64,000 nucleotides of DNA, taken from NCBI GenBank assembly GCA_964057225.1, contig OZ059900.1, positions 17,050,001-17,114,000 on the forward strand, read 5' to 3'. The stretch is from Auanema rhodensis (taxonomy: Eukaryota > Animalia > Nematoda). Positions 41,384 through 54,300 of the stretch are shown in pieces. Position 1 is the stretch's first letter. Each line of letters starts with the position of its first letter. The position numbers and the translations under genes are program-made. The notes under the pieces were generated by a model. It searched no databases. It was not told the origin of the DNA and saw only the letters and a list, made by a program, of their open reading frames with translations.

Positions 41384-44300
41384 ATTTTTGTTCATATGAG
41401 TCGTCAAATGCAACGAATTTCAGCGTGTTACATACTAAAATGAAGCATTTTACATGCTGAACACTAGAAAAATACAAAAACACAGTATTTCCCATGAGAA
41501 ATATTTTATTATGCTGGAAAACCAGTTTTTGGAAATTTCGCTGTAAACAAGGTTTTGACTTACGATTTCATGTGTTCAAACTCATGCAATGTCAATGAAA
41601 CCTAGCTCAAAATTGTTCGTACAACGTCTAGTTCCACTTTCACGACAAAAAAACAGGGGTTAGAAAATTAAGGAAATTAGCATATTCTGAGGGCACGCCC
41701 CTTATGGCTAATATTGATTAAATCGATTTTTGTTCATATGAGTCGTCAAATGCAACGAATTTCAGCGTGTTACATACTAAAATGAAGCATTTTACATGCT
41801 GAACACTAGAAAAATACAAAAACACAGTATTTCCCATGAGAAATATTTTATTATGCTGGAAAACCAGTTTTTGAAAATATCGCTGTAAACAAGGTTTTGA
41901 CTTACGATTTCATGTGTTCAAACTCATGCAATGTCAATGAAACCTAGCTCAAAATTGTTCCTACAACGTCTAGTTCCACTTTCACGACAAAAAAACAGGG
42001 GTTAGAAAATTAAGGAAATTAGCATATTCTGAGGGCACGCCCCTTATGGCTAATATTGATTAAATCGATTTTTGTTCATATGAGTCGTCAAATGCAACGA
42101 ATTTCAGCGTGTTACATACTAAAATGAAGCATTTTACATGCTGAACACTAGAAAAATACAAAAACACAGTATTTCCCATGAGAAATATTTTATTATGCTG
42201 GAAAACCAGTTTTTGGAAATTTCGCTGTAAACAAGGTTTTGACTTACGATTTCATGTGTTCAAACTCATGCAATGTCAATGAAACCTAGCTCAAAATTGT
42301 TCGTACAACGTCTAGTTCCACTTTCACGACAAAAAAACAGGGGTTAGAAAATTAAGGAAATTAGCATATTCTGAGGGCACGCCCCTTATGGCTAATATTG
42401 ATTAAATCGATTTTTGTTCATATGAGTCGTCAAATGCAACGAATTTCAGCGTGTTACATACTAAAATGAAGCATTTTACATGCTGAACACTAGAAAAATA
42501 CAAAAACACGGTATTTCCCATGAGAAATATTTTATTATGCTGGAAAACCAGTTTTTGAAAATATCGCTGTAAACAAGGTTTTGACTTACGATTTCATGTG
42601 TTCAAACTCATGCAATGTCAATGAAACCTAGCTCAAAATTGTTCCTACAACGTCTAGTTCCACTTTCACGACAAAAAAACAGGGGTTAGAAAATTAAAGA
42701 AATTAGCATATTCTGAGGGCACGCCCCTTATGGCTAATATTGATTAAATCGATTTTTGTTCATATGAGTCGTCAAATGCAACGAATTTCAGCGTGTTACA
42801 TACTAAAATGAAGCATTTTACATGCTGAACACTAGAAAAATACAAAAACACAGTATTTCCCATGAGAAATATTTTATTATGCTGGAAAACCAGTTTTTGG
42901 AAGTTTCGCTGTAAACAAGGTTTTGACTTACGATTTCATGTGTTCAAACTCATGCAATGTCAATGAAACCTAGCTCAAAATTGTTCCTACAACGTCTAGT
43001 TCCACTTTCACGACAAAAAAACAGGGGTTAGAAAATTAAGGAAATTAGCATATTCTGAGGGCACGCCCTTTATGGCTAATATTGATTAAATCGATTTTTG
43101 TTCATATGAGTCGTCAAATGCAACGAATTTCAGCGTGTTACATACTAAAATGAAGCATTTCACATGCTGAACACTAGAAAAATACAAAAACACAGTATTT
43201 CCCATGAGAAATATTTTATTATGCTGGAAAACCAGTTTTTGGAAATTTCGCTGTAAACAAGGTTTTGACTTACGATTTCATGTGTTCAAACTCATGCAAT
43301 GTCAATGAAACCTAGCTCAAAATTGTTCGTACAACGTCTAGTTCCACTTTCACGACAAAAAAACAGGGGTTAGAAAATTAAGGAAATTAGCATATTCTGA
43401 GGGCACGCCCCTTATGGCTAATATTGATTAAATCGATTTTTGTTCATATGAGTCGTCAAATGCAACGAATTTCAGCGTGTTACATACTAAAATGAAGCAT
43501 TTTACATGCTGAACACTAGAAAAATACAAAAACACAGTAATACCCATGAGAAATATTTTATTATGCTGGAAAACCAGTTTTTGGAAATTTCGCTGTAAAC
43601 AAGGTTTTGACTTACGATTTCATGTGTTCAAACTCATGCAATGTCAATGAAACCTAGCTCAAAATTGTTCGTACAACGTCTAGTTCCACTTTCACGACAA
43701 AAAAACAGGGGTTAGAAAATTAAGGAAATTAGCATATTCTGAGGGCACGCCCCTTATGGCTAATATTGATTAAATCGATTTTTGTTCATATGAGTCGTCA
43801 AATGCAACGAATTTCAGCGTGTTACATACTAAAATGAAGCATTTTACATGCTGAACACTAGAAAAATACAAAAACACAGTAATACCCATGAGAAATATTT
43901 TATTATGCTGGAAAACCAGTTTTTGGAAATTTCGCTGTAAACAAGGTTTTGACTTACGATTTCATGTGTTCAAACTCATGCAATGTCAATGAAACCTAGC
44001 TCAAAATTGTTAATACAATGTCTAGTTCCACTTTCAGGACAAAAAAACAGGGGTTAGAAAATTAAGGAAATTAGCATATTCTGAGGGCACGCCCTTTATG
44101 GCTAATATTGATTAAATCGATTTTTGTTCATATGAGTCGTCAAATGCAACGAATTTCAGCGTGTTACATACTAAAATGAAGCATTTTACATGCTGAACAC
44201 TAGAAAAATACAAAAACACAGTATTTCCCATGAGAAATATTTTATTATGCTGGAAAACCAGTTTTTGGAAATTTCGCTGTAAACAAGGTTTTGACTTACG

Positions 44301-47300
44301 ATTTCATGTGTTCAAACTCATGCAATGTCAATGAAACCTAGCTCAAAATTGTTCGTACAACGTCTAGTTCCACTTTCACGACAAAAAAACAGGGGTTAGA
44401 AAATTAAGGAAATTAGCATATTCTGAGGGCACGCCCCTTATGGCTAATATTGATTAAATCGATTTTTGTTCATATGAGTCGTCAAATGCAACGAATTTCA
44501 GCGTGTTACATACTAAAATGAAGCATTTTACATGCTGAACACTAGAAAAATACAAAAACACAGTATTTCCCATGAGAAATATTTTATTATGCTGGAAAAC
44601 CAGTTTTTGAAAATATCGCTGTAAACAAGGTTTTGACTTACGATTTCATGTGTTCAAACTCATGCAATGTCAATGAAACCTAGCTCAAAATTGTTCCTAC
44701 AACGTCTAGTTCCACTTTCACGACAAAAAAACAGGGGTTAGAAAATTAAGGAAATTAGCATATTCTGAGGGCACGCCCCTTATGGCTAATATTGATTAAA
44801 TCGATTTTTGTTCATATGAGTCGTCAAATGCAACGAATTTCAGCGTGTTACATACTAAAATGAAGCATTTTACATGCTGAACACTAGAAAAATACAAAAA
44901 CACAGTATTTCCCATGAGAAATATTTTATTATGCTGGAAAACCAGTTTTTGGAAATTTCGCTGTAAACAAGGTTTTGACTTACGATTTCATGTGTTCAAA
45001 CTCATGCAATGTCAATGAAACCTAGCTCAAAATTGTTCGTACAACGTCTAGTTCCACTTTCACGACAAAAAAACAGGGGTTAGAAAATTAAGGAAATTAG
45101 CATATTCTGAGGGCACGCCCCTTATGGCTAATATTGATTAAATCGATTTTTGTTCATATGAGTCGTCAAATGCAACGAATTTCAGCGTGTTACATACTAA
45201 AATGAAGCATTTTACATGCTGAACACTAGAAAAATACAAAAACACGGTATTTCCCATGAGAAATATTTTATTATGCTGGAAAACCAGTTTTTGAAAATAT
45301 CGCTGTAAACAAGGTTTTGACTTACGATTTCATGTGTTCAAACTCATGCAATGTCAATGAAACCTAGCTCAAAATTGTTCCTACAACGTCTAGTTCCACT
45401 TTCACGACAAAAAAACAGGGGTTAGAAAATTAAAGAAATTAGCATATTCTGAGGGCACGCCCCTTATGGCTAATATTGATTAAATCGATTTTTGTTCATA
45501 TGAGTCGTCAAATGCAACGAATTTCAGCGTGTTACATACTAAAATGAAGCATTTTACATGCTGAACACTAGAAAAATACAAAAACACAGTATTTCCCATG
45601 AGAAATATTTTATTATGCTGGAAAACCAGTTTTTGGAAGTTTCGCTGTAAACAAGGTTTTGACTTACGATTTCATGTGTTCAAACTCATGCAATGTCAAT
45701 GAAACCTAGCTCAAAATTGTTCCTACAACGTCTAGTTCCACTTTCACGACAAAAAAACAGGGGTTAGAAAATTAAGGAAATTAGCATATTCTGAGGGCAC
45801 GCCCTTTATGGCTAATATTGATTAAATCGATTTTTGTTCATATGAGTCGTCAAATGCAACGAATTTCAGCGTGTTACATACTAAAATGAAGCATTTCACA
45901 TGCTGAACACTAGAAAAATACAAAAACACAGTATTTCCCATGAGAAATATTTTATTATGCTGGAAAACCAGTTTTTGGAAATTTCGCTGTAAACAAGGTT
46001 TTGACTTACGATTTCATGTGTTCAAACTCATGCAATGTCAATGAAACCTAGCTCAAAATTGTTCGTACAACGTCTAGTTCCACTTTCACGACAAAAAAAC
46101 AGGGGTTAGAAAATTAAGGAAATTAGCATATTCTGAGGGCACGCCCCTTATGGCTAATATTGATTAAATCGATTTTTGTTCATATGAGTCGTCAAATGCA
46201 ACGAATTTCAGCGTGTTACATACTAAAATGAAGCATTTTACATGCTGAACACTAGAAAAATACAAAAACACAGTAATACCCATGAGAAATATTTTATTAT
46301 GCTGGAAAACCAGTTTTTGGAAATTTCGCTGTAAACAAGGTTTTGACTTACGATTTCATGTGTTCAAACTCATGCAATGTCAATGAAACCTAGCTCAAAA
46401 TTGTTCGTACAACGTCTAGTTCCACTTTCACGACAAAAAAACAGGGGTTAGAAAATTAAGGAAATTAGCATATTCTGAGGGCACGCCCCTTATGGCTAAT
46501 ATTGATTAAATCGATTTTTGTTCATATGAGTCGTCAAATGCAACGAATTTCAGCGTGTTACATACTAAAATGAAGCATTTTACATGCTGAACACTAGAAA
46601 AATACAAAAACACAGTAATACCCATGAGAAATATTTTATTATGCTGGAAAACCAGTTTTTGGAAATTTCGCTGTAAACAAGGTTTTGACTTACGATTTCA
46701 TGTGTTCAAACTCATGCAATGTCAATGAAACCTAGCTCAAAATTGTTAATACAATGTCTAGTTCCACTTTCAGGACAAAAAAACAGGGGTTAGAAAATTA
46801 AGGAAATTAGCATATTCTGAGGGCACGCCCTTTATGGCTAATATTGATTAAATCGATTTTTGTTCATATGAGTCGTCAAATGCAACGAATTTCAGCGTGT
46901 TACATACTAAAATGAAGCATTTTACATGCTGAACACTAGAAAAATACAAAAACACAGTATTTCCCATGAGAAATATTTTATTATGCTGGAAAACCAGTTT
47001 TTGGAAATTTCGCTGTAAACAAGGTTTTGACTTACGATTTCATGTGTTCAAACTCATGCAATGTCAATGAAACCTAGCTCAAAATTGTTCGTACAACGTC
47101 TAGTTCCACTTTCACGACAAAAAAACAGGGGTTAGAAAATTAAGGAAATTAGCATATTCTGAGGGCACGCCCCTTATGGCTAATATTGATTAAATCGATT
47201 TTTGTTCATATGAGTCGTCAAATGCAACGAATTTCAGCGTGTTACATACTAAAATGAAGCATTTTACATGCTGAACACTAGAAAAATACAAAAACACAGT

Positions 47301-48223
47301 ATTTCCCATGAGAAATATTTTATTATGCTGGAAAACCAGTTTTTGAAAATATCGCTGTAAACAAGGTTTTGACTTACGATTTCATGTGTTCAAACTCATG
47401 CAATGTCAATGAAACCTAGCTCAAAATTGTTCCTACAACGTCTAGTTCCACTTTCACGACAAAAAAACAGGGGTTAGAAAATTAAGGAAATTAGCATATT
47501 CTGAGGGCACGCCCCTTATGGCTAATATTGATTAAATCGATTTTTGTTCATATGAGTCGTCAAATGCAACGAATTTCAGCGTGTTACATACTAAAATGAA
47601 GCATTTTACATGCTGAACACTAGAAAAATACAAAAACACAGTATTTCCCATGAGAAATATTTTATTATGCTGGAAAACCAGTTTTTGGAAATTTCGCTGT
47701 AAACAAGGTTTTGACTTACGATTTCATGTGTTCAAACTCATGCAATGTCAATGAAACCTAGCTCAAAATTGTTCGTACAACGTCTAGTTCCACTTTCACG
47801 ACAAAAAAACAGGGGTTAGAAAATTAAGGAAATTAGCATATTCTGAGGGCACGCCCCTTATGGCTAATATTGATTAAATCGATTTTTGTTCATATGAGTC
47901 GTCAAATGCAACGAATTTCAGCGTGTTACATACTAAAATGAAGCATTTTACATGCTGAACACTAGAAAAATACAAAAACACGGTATTTCCCATGAGAAAT
48001 ATTTTATTATGCTGGAAAACCAGTTTTTGAAAATATCGCTGTAAACAAGGTTTTGACTTACGATTTCATGTGTTCAAACTCATGCAATGTCAATGAAACC
48101 TAGCTCAAAATTGTTCCTACAACGTCTAGTTCCACTTTCACGACAAAAAAACAGGGGTTAGAAAATTAAGGAAATTAGCATATTCTGAGGGCACGCCCTT
48201 TATGGCTAATATTGATTAAATCG
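41384..48223. repeat. 8-monomer (2736 bp) higher-order repeat, about 2.5 copies (M122-M141)
   Basis: GAAAATATC in M123/131/139; CACGGT+GAAAATATC in M125/133/141; TTAAAGA in M125/133; GGAAGTTT in M126/134; AATACAATG+CAGGAC in M129/137. Confidence 0.9.
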
Positions 48224-51200
48224 ATTTTTGTTCATATGAGTCGTCAAATGCAACGAATTTCAGCGTGTTACATACTAAAATGAAGCATTTCACATGCTGA
48301 ACACTAGAAAAATACAAAAACACAGTATTTCCCATGAGAAATATTTTATTATGCTGGAAAACCAGTTTTTGGAAATTTCGCTGTAAACAAGGTTTTGACT
48401 TACGATTTCATGTGTTCAAACTCATGCAATGTCAATGAAACCTAGCTCAAAACTGTTCCTACAACGTCTAGTTCCACTTTCACGACAAAAAAACAGGGGT
48501 TAGAAAATTAAGGAAATTAGCATATTCTGAGGGCACGACCCTTATGTCCAATATTGATTAAATCGATTTTTGTTCATATGAGTCGTCAAATGCAACGAAT
48601 TTCAGCGTGTTACATACTAAAATGAAGCATTTCACATGCTGAACACTAGAAAAATACAAAAACACAGTATTTCCCATGAGAAATATTTTATTATGCTGGA
48701 AAACCAGTTTTTGGAAATTTCGCTGTAAACAAGGTTTTGACTTACGATTTCATGTGTTCAAACTCATGCAATGTCAATGAAACCTAGCTCAAAATTGTTC
48801 GTACAACGTCTAGTTCCACTTTCACGACAAAAAAACAGGGGTTAGAAAATTAAGGAAATTAGCATATTCTGAGGGCACGCCCCTTATGGCTAATATTGAT
48901 TAAATCGATTTTTGTTCATATGAGTCGTCAAATGCAACGAATTTCAGCGTGTTACATACTAAAATGAAGCATTTTACATGCTGAACACTAGAAAAATACA
49001 AAAACACGGTATTTCCCATGAGAAATATTTTATTATGCTGGAAAACCAGTTTTTGGAAATTTCGCTGTAAACAAGGTTTTGACTTACGATTTCATGTGTT
49101 CAAACTCATGCAATGTCAATGAAACCTAGCTCAAAATTGTTCCTACAACGTCTAGTTCCACTTTCACGACAAAAAAACAGGGGTTAGAAAATTAAGGAAA
49201 TTAGCATATTCTGAGGGCACGCCCTTTATGGCTAATATTGATTAAATCGATTTTTGTTCATATGAGTCGTCAAATGCAACGAATTTCAGCGTGTTACATA
49301 CTAAAATGAAGCATTTCACATGCTGAACACTAGAAAAATACAAAAACACAGTATTTCCCATGAGAAATATTTTATTATGCTGGAAAACCAGTTTTTGGAA
49401 ATTTCGCTGTAAACAAGGTTTTGACTTACGATTTCATGTGTTCAAACTCATGCAATGTCAATGAAACCTAGCTCAAAATTGTTCGTACAACGTCTAGTTC
49501 CACTTTCACGACAAAAAAACAGGGGTTAGAAAATTAAGGAAATTAGCATATTCTGAGGGCACGCCCCTTATGGCTAATATTGATTAAATCGATTTTTGTT
49601 CATATGAGTCGTCAAATGCAACGAATTTCAGCGTGTTACATACTAAAATGAAGCATTTTACATGCTGAACACTAGAAAAATACAAAAACACAGTAATACC
49701 CATGAGAAATATTTTATTATGCTGGAAAACCAGTTTTTGGAAATTTCGCTGTAAACAAGGTTTTGACTTACGATTTCATGTGTTCAAACTCATGCAATGT
49801 CAATGAAACCTAGCTCAAAATTGTTCGTACAACGTCTAGTTCCACTTTCACGACAAAAAAACAGGGGTTAGAAAATTAAGGAAATTAGCATATTCTGAGG
49901 GCACGCCCCTTATGGCTAATATTGATTAAATCGATTTTTGTTCATATGAGTCGTCAAATGCAACGAATTTCAGCGTGTTACATACTAAAATGAAGCATTT
50001 TACATGCTGAACACTAGAAAAATACAAAAACACAGTAATACCCATGAGAAATATTTTATTATGCTGGAAAACCAGTTTTTGGAAATTTCGCTGTAAACAA
50101 GGTTTTGACTTACGATTTCATGTGTTCAAACTCATGCAATGTCAATGAAACCTAGCTCAAAATTGTTAATACAATGTCTAGTTCCACTTTCAGGACAAAA
50201 AAACAGGGGTTAGAAAATTAAGGAAATTAGCATATTCTGAGGGCACGCCCTTTATGGCTAATATTGATTAAATCGATTTTTGTTCATATGAGTCGTCAAA
50301 TGCAACGAATTTCAGCGTGTTACATACTAAAATGAAGCATTTTACATGCTGAACACTAGAAAAATACAAAAACACAGTATTTCCCATGAGAAATATTTTA
50401 TTATGCTGGAAAACCAGTTTTTGGAAATTTCGCTGTAAACAAGGTTTTGACTTACGATTTCATGTGTTCAAACTCATGCAATGTCAATGAAACCTAGCTC
50501 AAAATTGTTCGTACAACGTCTAGTTCCACTTTCACGACTAAAAAACAGGGGTTAGAAAATTAAGGAAATTAGCATATTCTGAGGGCACGCCCCTTATGGC
50601 TAATATTGATTAAATCGATTTTTGTTCATATGAGTCGTCAAATGCAACGAATTTCAGCGTGTTACATACTAAAATGAAGCATTTTACATGCTGAACACTA
50701 GAAAAATACAAAAACACAGTATTTCCCATGAGAAATATTTTATTATGCTGGAAAACCAGTTTTTGGAAATTTCGCTGTAAACAAGGTTTTGACTTACGAT
50801 TTCATGTGTTCAAACTCATGCAATGTCAATGAAACCCAGCTCAAAATTGTTCGTACAACGTCTAGTTCCACTTTCACGACAAAAAAACAGGGGTTAGAAA
50901 ATTAAGGAAATTAGCATATTCTGAGGGCACGCCCCTTATGGCTAATATTGATTAAATCGATTTTTGTTCATATGAGTCGTCAAATGCAACGAATTTCAGC
51001 GTGTTACATACTAAAATGAAGCATTTTACATGCTGAACACTAGAAAAATACAAAAACACAGTATTTCCCATGAGAAATATTTTATTATGCTGGAAAACCA
51101 GTTTTTGGAAATTTCGCTGTAAACAAGGTTTTGACTTACGATTTCATGTGTTCAAACTCATGCAATGTCAATGAAACCTAGCTCAAAATTGTTCGTACAA

Positions 51201-51301
51201 CGTCTAGTTCCACTTTCACGACAAAAAAACAGGGGTTAGAAAATTAAGGAAATTAGCATATTCTGAGGGCACGCCCCTTATGGCTAATATTGATTAAATC
51301 G

Positions 51302-54300
51302 ATTTTTGTTCATATGAGTCGTCAAATGCAACGAATTTCAGCGTGTTACATACTAAAATGAAGCATTTTACATGCTGAACACTAGAAAAATACAAAAACA
51401 CAGTATTTCCCATGAGAAATATTTTATTATGCTGGAAAACCAGTTTTTGAAAATTTCGCTGTAAACAAGGTTTTGACTTACGATTTCATGTGTTCAAACT
51501 CATGCAATGTCAATGAAACCTAGCTCAAAATTGTTCCTACAACGTCTAGTTCCACTTTCACGACAAAAAAACAGGGGTTAGAAAATTAAGGAAATTAGCA
51601 TATTCTGAGGGCACGCCCTTTATGGCTAATATTGATTAAATCGATTTTTGTTCATATGAGTCGTCAAATGCAACGAATTTCAGCGTGTTACATACTAAAA
51701 TGAAGCATTTTACATGCTGAACACTAGAAAAATACAAAAACACAGTATTTCCCATGAGAAATATTTTATTATGCTGGAAAACCAGTTTTTGGAAATTTCG
51801 CTGTAAACAAGGTTTTGACTTACGATTTCATGTGTTCAAACTCATGCAATGTCAATGAAACCTAGCTCAAAATTGTTCGTACAACGTCTAGTTCCACTTT
51901 CACGACAAAAAAACAGGGGTTAGAAAATTAAGGAAATTAGCATATTCTGAGGGCACGCCCCTTATGGCTAATATTGATTAAATCGATTTTTGTTCATATG
52001 AGTCGTCAAATGCAACGAATTTCAGCGTGTTACGTACTAAAATGAAGCATTTTACATGCTGAACACTAGAAAAATACAAAAACACAGTATTTCTCATGAG
52101 AAATATTTTATTATGCTGGAAAACCAGTTTTTGGAAATTTCGCTGTAAACAAGGTTTTGACTTACGATTTCATGTGTTCAAACTCATGCAATGTCAATGA
52201 AACCTAGCTCAAAATTGTTCCTACAACGTCTAGTTCCACTTTCACGACAAAAAAACAGGGGTTAGAAAATTAAGGAAATTAGCATATTCTGAGGGCACGC
52301 CCTTTATGGCTAATATTGATTAAATCGATTTTTGTTCATATGAGTCGTCAAATGCAACGAATTTCAGCGTGTTACATACTAAAATGAAGCATTTTACATG
52401 CTGAACACTAGAAAAATACAAAAACACAGTATTTCCCATGAGAAATATTTTATTATGCTGGAAAACCAGTTTTTGGAAATTTCGCTGTAAACAAGGTTTT
52501 GACTTACGATTTCATGTGTTCAAACTCATGCAATGTCAATGAAACCTAGCTCAAAATTGTTCGTACAACGTCTAGTTCCACTTTCACGACAAAAAAACAG
52601 GGGTTAGAAAATTAAGGAAATTAGCATATTCTGAGGGCACGCCCCTTATGGCTAATATTGATTAAATCGATTTTTGTTCATATGAGTCGTCAAATGCAAC
52701 GAATTTCAGCGTGTTACATACTAAAATGAAGCATTTTACATGCTGAACACTAGAAAAATACAAAAACACAGTATTTCCCATGAGAATAATTTTATTATGC
52801 TGGAAAACCAGTTTTTGGAAATTTCGCTGTAAACAAGGTTTTGACTTACGATTTCATGTGTTCAAACTCATGCAATGTCAATGAAACCTAGCTCAAAATT
52901 GTTCGTACAACGTCTAGTTCCACTTTCACGACAAAAAAACAGGGGTTAGAAAATTAAGGAAATTAGCATATTCTGAGGGCACGCCCCTTATGGCTAATAT
53001 TGATTAAATCGATTTTTGTTCATATGAGTCGTCAAATGCAACGAATTTCAGCGTGTTACATACTAAAATGAAGCATTTTACATGCTGAACACTAGAAAAA
53101 TACAAAAACACAGTATTTCCCATGAGAAATATTTTATTATGCTGGAAAACCAGTTTTTGGAAATTTCGCTGTAAACAAGGTTTTGACTTACGATTTCATG
53201 TGTTCAAACTCATGCAATGTCAATGAAACCTAGCTCAAAATTGTTCGTACAACGACTAGTTCCACTTTCACGACAAAAAAACAGGGGTTAGAAAATTAAG
53301 GAAATTAGCATATTCTGAGGGCACGCCCCTTATGGCTAATATTGATTAAATCGATTTTTGTTCATATGAGTCGTCAAATGCAACGAATTTCAGCGTGTTA
53401 CATACTAAAATGAAGCATTTTACATGCTGAACACTAGAAAAATACAAAAACACAGTATTTCCCATGAGAAATATTTTATTATGCTGGAAAACCAGTTTTT
53501 GAAAATTTCGCTGTAAACAAGGTTTTGACTTACGATTTCATGTGTTCAAACTCATGCAATGTCAATGAAACCTAGCTCAAAATTGTTCCTACAACGTCTA
53601 GTTCCACTTTCACGACAAAAAAACAGGGGTTAGAAAATTAAGGAAATTAGCATATTCTGAGGGCACGCCCCTTATGGCTAATATTGATTAAATCGATTTT
53701 TGTTCATATGAGTCGTCAAATGCAACGAATTTCAGCGTGTTACATACTAAAATGAAGCATTTTACATGCTGAACACTAGAAAAATACAAAAACACAGTAT
53801 TTCCCATGAGAAATATTTTATTATGCTGGAAAACCAGTTTTTGGAAATTTCGCTGTAAACAAGGTTTTGACTTACGATTTCATGTGTTCAAACTCATGCA
53901 ATGTCAATGAAACCTAGCTCAAAATTGTTCGTACAACGTCTAGTTCCACTTTCACGACAAAAAAACAGGGGTTAGAAAATTAAGGAAATTAGCATATTCT
54001 GAGGGCACGCCCCTTATGGCTAATATTGATTAAATCGATTTTTGTTCATATGAGTCGTCAAATGCAACGAATTTCAGCGTGTTACATACTAAAATGAAGC
54101 ATTTTACATGCTGAACACTAGAAAAATACAAAAACACAGTATTTCCCATGAGAAATATTTTATTATGCTGGAAAACCAGTTTTTGGAAATTTCGCTGTAA
54201 ACAAGGTTTTGACTTACGATTTCATGTGTTCAAACTCATGCAATGTCAATGAAACCTAGCTCAAAATTGTTCCTACAACGTCTAGTTCCACTTTCACGAC

